Counted from the first letter of the stretch, positions 19,922 through 29,227 are shown. The stretch: 64,000 nt of DNA from Solobacterium sp. UBA3303 (GCA_002362065.1 DESX01000013.1:1567-65566), one strand, 5' to 3'. Notes: generated by a model from the sequence alone, not told the origin. Numbers and translations: made by a program.

Positions 19922-20907
19922 TGGAAAAAGAAAGAAGTTCTCTGGCAAGTTTTATCAAAGCAGCATTCTTCATGCTGAGCCTTCTTTTGGTTCTGGCTGT
20001 CCTGACTTCTTTAAATACCGGAATATCCATGTTTGACAGGGAGGTGATGAGCCTTTTGAGCACGATCTTTATCCTATCCTTATGTATACTCGGCGTACTG
20101 GCTTTGAGCGTTTTTGCAGTTGCGATCTTCGGCTCAAAGAATACTTCAAGCGGCCAGTCAGCTTTGATCAAGGATAACACCCTTCGCTATGAAACAAAGG
20201 GTGAAAATGGCCGGAAGAAGAAAGTCAGCATCGACCTCAGAAAGATCGATTCCTATCTGAGTCAGTATTCCGAGCTCTACATGATCAGGGGAACAAAACT
20301 TGTAAAGAAAGACAAAAAGGCAAAGCCCAATGCCAATACATTATTCCTTGTAAAGGAAGATGGAAGTCAGATCTCACTCAATGAACTTTCAAAAGCCGAT
20401 GCGGCTTTCTACAATGAGGTCTGCGGCTTCCTTGACCGCATAAAAGATAAGGACGCGATCGACCTGTCGTTCCGCATGCGCAAGTATGCGGCGGAATCTG
20501 ATCTGATCCTTTCCGGAAGAGAGACTATGGCTAAGCTGAAGCTTCTTTCAAGGAAAGTCAAAAACAGAAAAGTCAAAGAAAAGATCAATGAAACGATCTC
20601 ACGGATCAAGGATGCAGAAGCCGGCATCATCGATCATTCCGATCAGTTACGAAAGCTTTACGATCATTATCTTCCGATGCTGGTGCAGATCACCGATGAC
20701 TACATCACGATGGAAGGACACGACCAGAGCATCGTCGATATCTCATCTTCCAGACAGAGGCTCCTTGATACCTTCGTGCTGATCGATTCAGTCTTTACAT
20801 CGATGGGAAGCGAGGAAGAAGCCATCGGCATTGAAGAGCTCGATGCGGATGTGCAGAAAGTAAACGCTTTACTTGCGAAAAACGATACAGAAACGCTGAA
20901 AAAGTGA
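19921..20907 (+). CDS. hypothetical membrane protein (2 N-terminal TM helices, coiled C-terminal domain; possibly XpaC-like)
   Basis: 328 aa. ATGA-type junction with the patatin gene. Resemblance of the C-terminal YDHYLPMLVQITDDYITME region to the XpaC family is weak and from memory. Confidence 0.4.
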   Translation: MEKERSSLASFIKAAFFMLSLLLVLAVLTSLNTGISMFDREVMSLLSTIFILSLCILGVLALSVFAVAIFGSKNTSSGQSALIKDNTLRYETKGENGRKKKVSIDLRKIDSYLSQYSELYMIRGTKLVKKDKKAKPNANTLFLVKEDGSQISLNELSKADAAFYNEVCGFLDRIKDKDAIDLSFRMRKYAAESDLILSGRETMAKLKLLSRKVKNRKVKEKINETISRIKDAEAGIIDHSDQLRKLYDHYLPMLVQITDDYITMEGHDQSIVDISSSRQRLLDTFVLIDSVFTSMGSEEEAIGIEELDADVQKVNALLAKNDTETLKK

Positions 20908-20974
20908 CGAAATATGTCGCTTTTTCTTTTCGTTTGGCTATAATGGATTTTGAATCTTTGAAAAGGAGCATTTT

Positions 20975-22393
20975 ATGATTGGAAAACAGACCAAGATCAT
21001 ATGCACACTGGGACCTGCTTCGGACAACTATGACACGATACTGAAGATGGCCCAGGAGGGTATGAATATCGTAAGACTGAATTTCTCCCATGGCAGTCAT
21101 GAAGAACATCTCGCCAGGATCAATACAGTCAGAAAAGTAGAAAAAGAAAACGGGATCAATCTGGGTATCATGCTGGATACCAAAGGACCGGAGATCCGTC
21201 TGGGAACATTCAAGAACGATGTCGAGACTTACCAGAAGGGTGAGATCGTTACGATACAAAGAGAAGATATCGAAGGTACGCACGATCGTTTCACGATACA
21301 GTGCAAGGAGATCTTCGATGACGTCGTACCGGGAAACTACATTTTAGTCAACGACGGCAAGCAGAAACTGACAGTTCTCGAAAACGATGGCAACGAGATC
21401 AAGGCGAGAGTCGAGGTCAATGGCCAGCTCGCTTCCAAGAAGGGCTGCAATGTGCCGGGCGTCAAACTCTCCATGCCGTTCATCTCGATGAAGGATGATG
21501 AAGATATCCGCTTCGGCTGCAACAACGATGTCGATTTCATCGCAGCATCCTTCGTCAGAAGACCGGAAGATGTCCTGAAGATCCGCAAGATCATTACGGA
21601 AATGGGCAAGCCGAAAATTCAGATCATCGCCAAGATCGAAAACCAGGAAGGTTTCGACAACCTCGACGAGATCCTTGAAGTCGCCGACGGCGTCATGGTC
21701 GCAAGAGGTGACCTGGGCGTTGAAGTTGAAACAGCCTTCGTCCCGATCTACCAGAAGAAGATCATCGAACAAGCCAACAAGAAAGGCAAGGCTGTCATCA
21801 CCGCAACACACATGCTCGATTCGATGACATCCAATCCGCGCTGTACAAGAGCGGAAGCATCCGATGTTTCCAACGCCGTACTCGATGGTTCCGATGCGGT
21901 CATGTTATCCGCAGAGACGGCAGCCGGTGAATACCCGGTCGAAGCGGTCTCCACGATGGCCAAGATCGCTGAGGCAACGGAAAAGATCATCCCTTACAGA
22001 GAAAACCTCGAACATGCCAAGATGACCAACAACAAGACGATCCAGGATGCGATCGGTATCGCGATCTCTGATGCAACTCTGACACTTGATATTGCGGCGA
22101 TCGTCGTCTTCACACAGGGCGGCACGACGGCAAGAAGGATATCCAAGTATCGTCCGCCTGTACCAATCTTTGCGGTCACCTTCACCAAGTCGACACAGGG
22201 CAAGCTTGAAGTCTACTGGGGCGTCAAGCCGATCTTCTCCTACGTGCAGAACAATATGACCAACGACGATGAACTCGCTTCTTCCGTCGTCAAATCCTAC
22301 GGCATCAAGCCGGGTTCACAGATCATCCTGTCCGCCGGTTATCCGACAGGCGAGGGTTCTGCCAACTTCATGAAGATCATCACAGTCAAGTAA
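20975..22393 (+). CDS. pyk: pyruvate kinase
   Basis: 472 aa. TKIICTLGPAS and MVARGDLGVEV motifs. Confidence 0.95.
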   Translation: MIGKQTKIICTLGPASDNYDTILKMAQEGMNIVRLNFSHGSHEEHLARINTVRKVEKENGINLGIMLDTKGPEIRLGTFKNDVETYQKGEIVTIQREDIEGTHDRFTIQCKEIFDDVVPGNYILVNDGKQKLTVLENDGNEIKARVEVNGQLASKKGCNVPGVKLSMPFISMKDDEDIRFGCNNDVDFIAASFVRRPEDVLKIRKIITEMGKPKIQIIAKIENQEGFDNLDEILEVADGVMVARGDLGVEVETAFVPIYQKKIIEQANKKGKAVITATHMLDSMTSNPRCTRAEASDVSNAVLDGSDAVMLSAETAAGEYPVEAVSTMAKIAEATEKIIPYRENLEHAKMTNNKTIQDAIGIAISDATLTLDIAAIVVFTQGGTTARRISKYRPPVPIFAVTFTKSTQGKLEVYWGVKPIFSYVQNNMTNDDELASSVVKSYGIKPGSQIILSAGYPTGEGSANFMKIITVK

Positions 22394-22401
22394 TGAAACA
22401 C

Positions 22402-22427
22402 AAAGTCATGTTCACGCATGACTTTTT
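22402..22427 (+). terminator. intrinsic terminator after pyk
   Basis: aaagtcatg/catgacttt 9-bp stem followed by a T-run. Confidence 0.75.
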
Positions 22428-22510
22428 CTATGCCAAAGTAGGATACCTGTTTTTGTTTATGACAGAGCTATAAGTGTTAAAATGGGGGTGTAAGGAGAGT
22501 CATATATCAT

Positions 22511-23704
22511 ATGAAAATAGGTGTTTATTATGTCGTTTCTTCAACAGCGGCAGCCGAGATCGCCAATTCCGGCAATTTCCCATGGCTGAAAAAACTGTCT
22601 GAAGAAACAGGTTTTGAATTTGAAGTGACAGATGCAGATCATATCAAAGACTACGATATGGCCGTTGAATTCATCGGCGGCGGCGGTACGGAAGGCATCT
22701 TCAAGAGAGATATGGACAAGCTTCCGCAGCCTTACTTCCTTTTGACGACCGGTGCCAACAACTCCCTGGCCGCTTCCATGGAGATCCTCTCTTACCTGAG
22801 ACAGAACGATCTTCCGGGTGAGATCATTCACGGCAGCGATGACTTCGTCGTAAAACGTATCAAGGAGCTCGCTCAGGTATTCAAGGCAAAGAAGAGACTT
22901 GACGGTTTCCGTATCGCGAGAGTCGGACATCCTTCCGACTGGCTGATCTCTTCCGATGTCGATGCGAATGATTCAAAGGAATACAACAACATCGAGATCA
23001 TCGATGTCACGATGGAAGAATTCTTTGAAGAGATCCACAAGAGAGAATACAAGGAAAACGAGTACACCAAGCTCATCAAATCCAAAGGCTATGATGAACA
23101 TGAGATCGAAGAAGCTTTATACATCTACGGTGCTTTAAGAAGGATCGTCGACAAGTATGAACTCAATGGCATCACCGTAAGATGCTTCGACTTGCTTGAT
23201 ACCGTTCATTCCACAGGCTGTGCCGCTCTGGCTATTCTGAATGCGGAAGGCATCTATGCGTCCTGTGAAGGCGATGTGCCGGCCCTCTTATCGATGGCTG
23301 TCATCGGTGAACTTTCCGAAAAGCCGGTCTTCATGGCCAACCCTTCAAGGATCGATACCGACAACAATGAGATCATCTTTGCGCATTGCACACTTCCGAT
23401 CAACATGCCAAGAAGCTTCGAGATCATGACGCACTTCGAGTCGCAGATCGGCGTTGCCTTCCGTGGCAAACTGCAGGAAGGCCCGATCACCGTCTTCAAG
23501 TGCGACGGCATGCTCAACGAATACTTCGTTTCTTCCGGAACACTGTTAGAGAACCTGTCGGAATTCAACCTTTGCCGTACACAGGTCAAGCTGAAACTCG
23601 ACAAGCCTGTCACATACTTCCTGACCGAATCGATCGGCAATCACCACCTGATCGTCGAAGGCGATTACGCAAAGCTTGTTGAAGAATTCTTCAAGTGGCT
23701 GTGA
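22511..23704 (+). CDS. L-fucose/L-arabinose isomerase-family protein (short, COG2407-like)
   Basis: 397 aa. GITVRCFDLL, GCAALAILN...SCEGDVPALLSM and C-terminal IGNHHLIVEGDY resemble the FucI/AraA-like catalytic core. Substrate unknown. Confidence 0.6.
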   Translation: MKIGVYYVVSSTAAAEIANSGNFPWLKKLSEETGFEFEVTDADHIKDYDMAVEFIGGGGTEGIFKRDMDKLPQPYFLLTTGANNSLAASMEILSYLRQNDLPGEIIHGSDDFVVKRIKELAQVFKAKKRLDGFRIARVGHPSDWLISSDVDANDSKEYNNIEIIDVTMEEFFEEIHKREYKENEYTKLIKSKGYDEHEIEEALYIYGALRRIVDKYELNGITVRCFDLLDTVHSTGCAALAILNAEGIYASCEGDVPALLSMAVIGELSEKPVFMANPSRIDTDNNEIIFAHCTLPINMPRSFEIMTHFESQIGVAFRGKLQEGPITVFKCDGMLNEYFVSSGTLLENLSEFNLCRTQVKLKLDKPVTYFLTESIGNHHLIVEGDYAKLVEEFFKWL

Positions 23705-23705
23705 T

Positions 23706-24143
23706 ATGAGCAACGAAGAACTCATTGCTCTGGCTTTTGAGGCCAGAGAAAAAGCCTACGCTCCATATTCCAACTGGAAGGTCGGAGCTGCCCTGTTAAC
23801 AAAAGACGGCAGGGTCTATAAGGGCTGCAACATTGAAAACAGCGGTTTTTCCGCAACGGTCTGTGCAGAACGCACGGCCTTCTTCAAGGCAATTTCAGAA
23901 GGCGTTTACGATTTTGAAAAGATCGCGATCGTCGGCGGAGATGCGAAGAGGGGGTCGGAAGGTTATTGCACACCATGCGGCGTCTGCAGACAGGTGATGT
24001 CCGAATTCTGCAGGCCGGATGAATTTAAGATCATCTGCGCAAAGTCGGTGAATGAGTATCATGAGTTCACCCTGCGTGAAATGCTTCCGGAATGCAACTA
24101 CATCACGGAAGCCAATGACGGCTACGGCTTCAAGGCCAGCTAA
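23706..24143 (+). CDS. cdd: cytidine deaminase
   Basis: Zinc motifs CAERTA and PCGVCRQ. ATG at 23706 is 1 nt after the upstream stop; the ORF-track start at 23676 overlaps the upstream gene. Confidence 0.92.
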   Translation: MSNEELIALAFEAREKAYAPYSNWKVGAALLTKDGRVYKGCNIENSGFSATVCAERTAFFKAISEGVYDFEKIAIVGGDAKRGSEGYCTPCGVCRQVMSEFCRPDEFKIICAKSVNEYHEFTLREMLPECNYITEANDGYGFKAS

Positions 24144-24150
24144 ACGAAAG

Positions 24151-24186
24151 AAAAGGCCATATCGTGCGATATGACCTTTTTTCTTT
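24151..24186. terminator. bidirectional intrinsic terminator (cdd / convergent hydrolase)
   Basis: ggccatatcg/cgatatgacc stem with one mismatch, flanked by an A-run and a T-run. Confidence 0.65.
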
Positions 24187-25169
24187 CAGAATTCTTTGAG
24201 CTGTTTCAGCAGGATCTCGTGCACCTTGATCGGATCCATGTGGTAGATGATCTCCGTATCGGCAGTATTTTCAAACATGCCTCTTCGGTCGACCACCATC
24301 TGTCCGTCCGCCATACCGCCGGAGATGTCGATATTGACGATCTCCTTTTTCTTTTCAAGTACGGCTGTCTCATCGATCAGAGGAATGACCGACGCGAAAT
24401 CGTAGATGCAGCAGTCATTCAATCCCCCGCCAAAGAGGTAATCACAGCGTTCGATATAGCCATGAAGCTCTTCATACAGGAAATCGGCGATCGGTGTATT
24501 CAAAGCCTTGATCTCTTCGAGATCTTTGATCGTATAGGTCGCACCTTCTTCGCAGGCTTCGATCGGACAGACAAGGCAGTGTGCACCGCTGTTTAAGACG
24601 ATCTGGGCAGCTTCCGGATCATCGTAGAAGTTGGCTTCTGCGACCGGAGTGCGGTTTCCAATGTATAAACCGCCGCCCATGATGTAGATCGTGCCGATTT
24701 TGTCGATGATCTCAGGATCGAGCCTTAAGGCCATGGCGATATTGGTCAAAGGACCAACAGCGCAGATGTCGATCTTTTCCTTTGAATTTTTAAGCGTTTC
24801 GATGATGTAAGTGCAGGCGTGCTTGTCTTCGACTTTCCTGTCAGGCATTGGCAAATCAAAATCCGGATCATGGATGAGGACCGGCTTTCCGTCTCTTTCC
24901 TTATAAATGGTCTGGATCAGTGTATTCTTTTCTCTTCCCTTGAAGAGGTCTCTGACCATCGGGCTGCTGCAGCCTTTATAGACCGGGATGTCCTTGTGAC
25001 AGAGATTTGAGACTTTCAAAGCATTCTTCACGACAGCATCCGCCGGGATGTTTCCTTTGACGCAGGTGATGGCGATCACTTCAAGCTCCTTGTTTGTCAG
25101 TAAGGCGATCAGAGCCACCGCATCATCACAGCCGATATCACAGTCAAAAATGATCTTATTGTGTTTCAT
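24186..25169 (-). CDS. nucleoside hydrolase (IUNH family)
   Basis: DCDIGCDD (DxDxxxDD) at the N-terminus. Start placed at ATG 25169 (MKHNKIIF...) with SD gaggt upstream. The ORF-track extension to 25280 has no support. Confidence 0.9.
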   Translation of the reverse strand: MKHNKIIFDCDIGCDDAVALIALLTNKELEVIAITCVKGNIPADAVVKNALKVSNLCHKDIPVYKGCSSPMVRDLFKGREKNTLIQTIYKERDGKPVLIHDPDFDLPMPDRKVEDKHACTYIIETLKNSKEKIDICAVGPLTNIAMALRLDPEIIDKIGTIYIMGGGLYIGNRTPVAEANFYDDPEAAQIVLNSGAHCLVCPIEACEEGATYTIKDLEEIKALNTPIADFLYEELHGYIERCDYLFGGGLNDCCIYDFASVIPLIDETAVLEKKKEIVNIDISGGMADGQMVVDRRGMFENTADTEIIYHMDPIKVHEILLKQLKEF

Positions 25170-25201
25170 CTTGTTTACCTCGATTTCAGTATAACAGATT
25201 A

Positions 25202-25230
25202 TTGACGGGTCCTTTTTGTCATGATAAATT
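25202..25230 (+). promoter_or_regulatory. candidate sigmaA promoter (TTGACG-17-TAAATT) for deaminase/phosphorylase operon
   Basis: Hexamers at 25202-25207 and 25225-25230 with a 17-nt spacer, in the divergent intergenic region. Confidence 0.4.
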
Positions 25231-25296
25231 GAAATTGTAAAGTTGCTTCTGTAGAAGTATAAGAGTGAATGAAGATTCATATCAACGAAGTTAGTT

Positions 25297-25326
25297 GGCC
25301 GGCTTTCAAAAAAGCTGGCTTATTTT
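25297..25326 (+). terminator. terminator-like hairpin inside the operon leader (possible attenuator)
   Basis: ggccggcttt (25297-25306) pairs with aaagctggct (25311-25320), 9-10 bp including G-U pairs, with a 4-nt loop, then ttatttt. It lies about 70 nt after the candidate promoter and 125 nt before the first gene. Confidence 0.4.
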
Positions 25327-25351
25327 CTCTATAGGAACTCAAGGAGCTTAT

Positions 25352-25459
25352 ATGAAAGACAATTTCAGGCTGAGCCTGTGGAAATGCCGCAGCGTTAAGA
25401 AGAATCTTCGGATGGAAGATCATCTTTTGTCATGCAAAGGGAGGAGTATTTATGAGTGA
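25352..25459 (+). CDS. possible 35-codon leader ORF overlapping the amidohydrolase start
   Basis: ATG at 25352 lies 6 nt after aaggag. Encodes MKDNFRLSLWKCRSVKKNLRMEDHLLSCKGRSIYE. Its TGA (25457-25459) overlaps the ATG at 25452. No homology evidence. Confidence 0.15.
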   Translation: MKDNFRLSLWKCRSVKKNLRMEDHLLSCKGRSIYE

Positions 25460-26789
25460 ATTTCTGATCAGGAATGCCGATGTGGCAGATCTAGAGGATC
25501 TGCGTACGGCGACGAAGGACATTTTGATCAAAGACGGACGCTTTGAAAAGATCGCCGATGTCATCGACCCTAACATGCATCCGGATGCGAGGGTCATCGA
25601 TGCCGGAAACAAGCTGGCGCTGCCGGGCTTTACGGACTGTCATTCCCATGTCTACCAGACCTTCATCAAGGGGCCGCTGGACGATCTTGTGATCACGGAG
25701 TGGCTCGTAAGGCTCTTCCGCTTTGAAGACGAAATGACCGATGAAGACTACTATTATGCAACGCTTCTTTCCTGTCTGAGTGCGATGCGTTTCGGTACGA
25801 CCACCATCAATGAGATGGGCGGCTACGAACATATGGATGCAGGTCTGCAGGCTTTTGAAGATGCCGGGATCCGCGTGACCTATGGCATCTCCACGACCGA
25901 TATCCCGGAAAACGAAGTGACGCCGATCATTTCCGTTGAAGAAGCGATTCGAAGAAGTGAGGAAGTCTATGCCAAGGCTCATGGAAGAAACCATGGTTTA
26001 ATGAGGGCTTCCGTTGCCCCGGCCGGATTACCGGCAGTGTCGGGTGAGATGGCAAAGGCGTTGAAGGCCTGGGCAAATGAGAGGGGGCTCATCTATCACA
26101 CCCATCTTGGCGAAGGAAAGATGGAGACCGAAAATGTGGCAAGGGCCTATGGCTTAAACGGCGAAGCCGAAGCTTTGCAGTACCTTGGAATCCTTGATAA
26201 CAAGACCCTTCTGGCCCATTCGATCTGGCTGAGCGATCATGAACTTGAGATCATCAAAGACAGTGGCGCAATACCGGTCCATTGTCCAAACACCAATATG
26301 AAGATCTCGGATGGCATCCCGAAGATCGCACAGATGCTAAAACTCGGCATCCCGGTCGCGATGGGCTGTGATGGCGAAGCATCCAGCGGCACCAAGGACA
26401 TGATCCGGGAAGGCAAGGCCGGCTCCTACCTGCAAAAGGCGGTGACTCTCGATCCGACCGTCATGGATGCGGCAACGACCTTCAAGATGATGACCGTCAA
26501 TGGCGCAAGAGCTCTGGGTTATGACGATCTCGGTGAGATCAAAGAAGGAAACCGGGCGGATCTGATCTTAGTCAACATGGAAGATGATCTTTCTTTGACC
26601 GATAGAGATCACAGGATCGGCAATCTTTTATATGCCGGTACCGGCCATGCCGTCGATACGGTCTTCGTTGAAGGAGAATTGAAACTGAAGGATAAACGTC
26701 TGCAGGGGTTTGATGAAGAAGAGATCATAAAAAAATGCAATGACCTGATCCACAAACTCAATGTGCGCACAGGCTATGTGAAGGAGTAA
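25452..26789 (+). CDS. amidohydrolase, nucleobase/nucleoside deaminase-like (MtaD/guanine-deaminase/chlorohydrolase subgroup)
   Basis: 445 aa. Metal ligands CHSHV (HxH), HTHLGE and GCDG Asp. Strong SD gggagga. Confidence 0.85.
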   Translation: MSEFLIRNADVADLEDLRTATKDILIKDGRFEKIADVIDPNMHPDARVIDAGNKLALPGFTDCHSHVYQTFIKGPLDDLVITEWLVRLFRFEDEMTDEDYYYATLLSCLSAMRFGTTTINEMGGYEHMDAGLQAFEDAGIRVTYGISTTDIPENEVTPIISVEEAIRRSEEVYAKAHGRNHGLMRASVAPAGLPAVSGEMAKALKAWANERGLIYHTHLGEGKMETENVARAYGLNGEAEALQYLGILDNKTLLAHSIWLSDHELEIIKDSGAIPVHCPNTNMKISDGIPKIAQMLKLGIPVAMGCDGEASSGTKDMIREGKAGSYLQKAVTLDPTVMDAATTFKMMTVNGARALGYDDLGEIKEGNRADLILVNMEDDLSLTDRDHRIGNLLYAGTGHAVDTVFVEGELKLKDKRLQGFDEEEIIKKCNDLIHKLNVRTGYVKE

Positions 26790-26791
26790 AT

Positions 26792-27625
26792 ATGAACGTC
26801 AGAGAAACAAAATATCTCGATTCCAAGGGAAGACTTTACTTTACCGGTTTAAAGGAAGGCGACATCGCCGAAACGGTGCTGATGCCGGGTGACCTGGCCC
26901 GTTCCAAGGTCATTGCCGGCTGTTTCAAGGATGCCCGTTTTATCAATGGTCAAAGGACCTACTACACCTATACGGGAAAGACACCGAATGATGTGCCGAT
27001 CTCTGTCGTTTCTTCCGGCATGGGACCTCTGGCGGTCTCGACGGTCGCGGAAGAGTGTGCACAGATCGGCATGAAGAACCTGATCCGGGTCGGAACAGGT
27101 GCGGCATTATTGACCGACTACAAGCCGGGCAGGATCATCATTGCCACAGGCTGTGTTCGAGGAGATGGCAATTCCTATGAATACGTGCCTGCCGAATATC
27201 CGGCGATCGCTGACCCGTATGTGACGATGGCCTTGATCAAGGCGGCAAAGGAATTCGGTGAAGATCCGATCGTCGGCTTGTACAGAGCTCACGATTCCTA
27301 TTACCGGGAAACGAGCACTGCCATGATCGATACCTATGAGCGGATGAAACCGTGGGTCGATGCCGGAGTCAAGATGGTCGAAAACGAATCGGCGACTCTG
27401 TTTACCGTCGGTCCGCAGCTGGGCCTTCGCTGCGGTTCGATCTGCGTATCCCACACCTCCATGGTCGAAGATACGATCTACTACACCGGACCGAAATCAG
27501 AGGAAGCTTATCCGGAAGCCTTTGAAGATGACTTCATGGACAAGCGCATCCTTGTATGTTCAAAGATCGCGATCCGGGCAGCTGAGATCATTGATGAAAT
27601 GGAAAAGAAAGGAGTCATACGATGA
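26792..27625 (+). CDS. nucleoside phosphorylase, PNP/UDP family 1, paralog 1
   Basis: 277 aa. Udp-like blocks MPGDLAR, SSGMGPLA, RVGTGAA and VENES. Confidence 0.85.
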   Translation: MNVRETKYLDSKGRLYFTGLKEGDIAETVLMPGDLARSKVIAGCFKDARFINGQRTYYTYTGKTPNDVPISVVSSGMGPLAVSTVAEECAQIGMKNLIRVGTGAALLTDYKPGRIIIATGCVRGDGNSYEYVPAEYPAIADPYVTMALIKAAKEFGEDPIVGLYRAHDSYYRETSTAMIDTYERMKPWVDAGVKMVENESATLFTVGPQLGLRCGSICVSHTSMVEDTIYYTGPKSEEAYPEAFEDDFMDKRILVCSKIAIRAAEIIDEMEKKGVIR

Positions 27626-28428
27626 TGAACGACAAGATCAAGAATGGCTTTGATTCTATACCACAGCTTGAAAAAGACGGTACGGTCCATCATCTTGGCA
27701 TCGATCATTCGATGATCGGTGATGGCGTGATATTAACTTCCAACCTGGAACGCGTCGAAGTGATCAAGGACCGCTTCAAGGATGCAAAAAGGATGGCTTT
27801 TCATCGCGAATACATCACTTATACCGGAGAATACAATGGCACAAGGATGTCGGCCATGTCGATCGGCAATGGCTGCATGCCCACAGAGATCGCCGTCGAA
27901 GAGTTGAGACACATCGGCTGCAATCGCATGATCAAGGTGGGATCCTGCTACGCGATCGATCCGGATATAAAACCGGGAACGATCTTTGTCCCGCAGGGAG
28001 CCTGCCGCTGCGAAGGGGCGACACTGGAATACGTCAATATACAATACCCGGCAGTTTCCGATCTTGACAGCTTCTTTGCGATCCTGCAGAGTGCGAAAGA
28101 ACTGGGGAAGGATGTGACGACCGGTATCATTCGCACACATGATGCATTGTTCCTGGAGTCTCCGTTTGCCCATGAGGGCGTTAAGGAAAGGATCGCGCCA
28201 TGGCAAAAGGTCGGTGTGTCCTGCGTGGATAACGAGTGTGCGACGATGTTTACGGTCGCTTCGATCCTGCAGATGCAGGCGGGCTGCATCTATGTGGTCA
28301 CGGACAACCTGGCGACAGGCGAAGCGATGGACTACGAAAAGGACTATGGACCAAAGATGGATGAGGTCATCGATATCGCGGTCCTGGCCATGTCGAAACT
28401 GATCAAAGGGGAAGAATATGAAATATAG
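27622..28428 (+). CDS. nucleoside phosphorylase-family protein, paralog 2 (degenerate motifs)
   Basis: 268 aa. Same fold blocks but divergent: SNLER, IGNGCMP, KVGSCYA and VDNEC. ATGA overlap with paralog 1. Confidence 0.75.
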   Translation: MMNDKIKNGFDSIPQLEKDGTVHHLGIDHSMIGDGVILTSNLERVEVIKDRFKDAKRMAFHREYITYTGEYNGTRMSAMSIGNGCMPTEIAVEELRHIGCNRMIKVGSCYAIDPDIKPGTIFVPQGACRCEGATLEYVNIQYPAVSDLDSFFAILQSAKELGKDVTTGIIRTHDALFLESPFAHEGVKERIAPWQKVGVSCVDNECATMFTVASILQMQAGCIYVVTDNLATGEAMDYEKDYGPKMDEVIDIAVLAMSKLIKGEEYEI

Positions 28429-29227
28429 ATCAGTGAAGCTGACCAATGAGAACGGCAAGATGTGGCATATCGGCCTCGATGAACATGACTGCGGAAAACA
28501 CTTCATCCTGCCTGCCGATCCGGCCAGATGCGAGATGGTCGCAAAGCATTTTGAAAACGGAAAGCTCATGGCCGTTTCCAGAGGCAATCCGACCTACACC
28601 GGAACCTATCACGATATCCCGGTTTCGGTCATGTGCACCGGCATGGGTGCAATGGCGGTCTCGGTGGCCGTCGAGGAGCTCAAACATCTTGGCGTGAAAA
28701 CGATGATCCGTATGGGTACCTGCGGATCCTTGCAGCCATCACTTCCGGAAAACTGCTTTGTCATAGCGACCGGCGCGGTGCGCGGTGAAGGCGCATCAAA
28801 AGAATACATTCCACTTGAATATCCGGCCATTGCCGATGTCGATGTGGTCTGTGCCTTACGCAAGGCGTGCGAAGAATACGGCGTCAAGCCATACCTTGGC
28901 ATCATCCGCAGCCACGATTCCTTTTACATTGAATCGCCAGGTGCCCATGAAGGCTATATGGAAAGGATCCGGCCATGGACCGATGCCGGTGTTCTGGCAG
29001 TGGAAAATGAATCCGCAGCCCTGTTTACGGTCTCCTCATTGCTGGGCGGTATCCGCTCGGGTACGATCCTTTTGTGCGGCGGCTGGCTTGGTGAGAATCA
29101 TGGAACCATGTCGACATCCAACAAAGAGGATTATGCGCAAAAAGTCGATCTGATGACAAAGATCACTTTACGGGCGATCGAGATCATCGATGGGCTGGAT
29201 GATCTTGAAGATATCAGGGAAGACTAG
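28418..29227 (+). CDS. nucleoside phosphorylase, PNP/UDP family 1, paralog 3 (most canonical)
   Basis: 269 aa. LPADPAR, CTGMGAMA, RMGTCGS and VENES. SD aggggaag. 11-nt overlap with paralog 2. Confidence 0.88.
   Translation: MKYRSVKLTNENGKMWHIGLDEHDCGKHFILPADPARCEMVAKHFENGKLMAVSRGNPTYTGTYHDIPVSVMCTGMGAMAVSVAVEELKHLGVKTMIRMGTCGSLQPSLPENCFVIATGAVRGEGASKEYIPLEYPAIADVDVVCALRKACEEYGVKPYLGIIRSHDSFYIESPGAHEGYMERIRPWTDAGVLAVENESAALFTVSSLLGGIRSGTILLCGGWLGENHGTMSTSNKEDYAQKVDLMTKITLRAIEIIDGLDDLEDIRED

Noticed and set aside
27733-28587. 284-aa ORF on the minus strand across the phosphorylase genes. Similar long antisense ORFs occur at 18268-18942, 58846-59568, 12289-12918, 37818-38348, 21344-21811, 25491-25994, 48043-48453 and 33497-33886.
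   Set aside because: Each lies fully inside a plus-strand (or opposite-strand) gene with unmistakable family motifs. They have Arg/His/Asp/Cys-rich, low-information translations and no SD. They are explained by the GATC/GAT/ATC-rich codon usage, which suppresses stop codons on the complementary strand.
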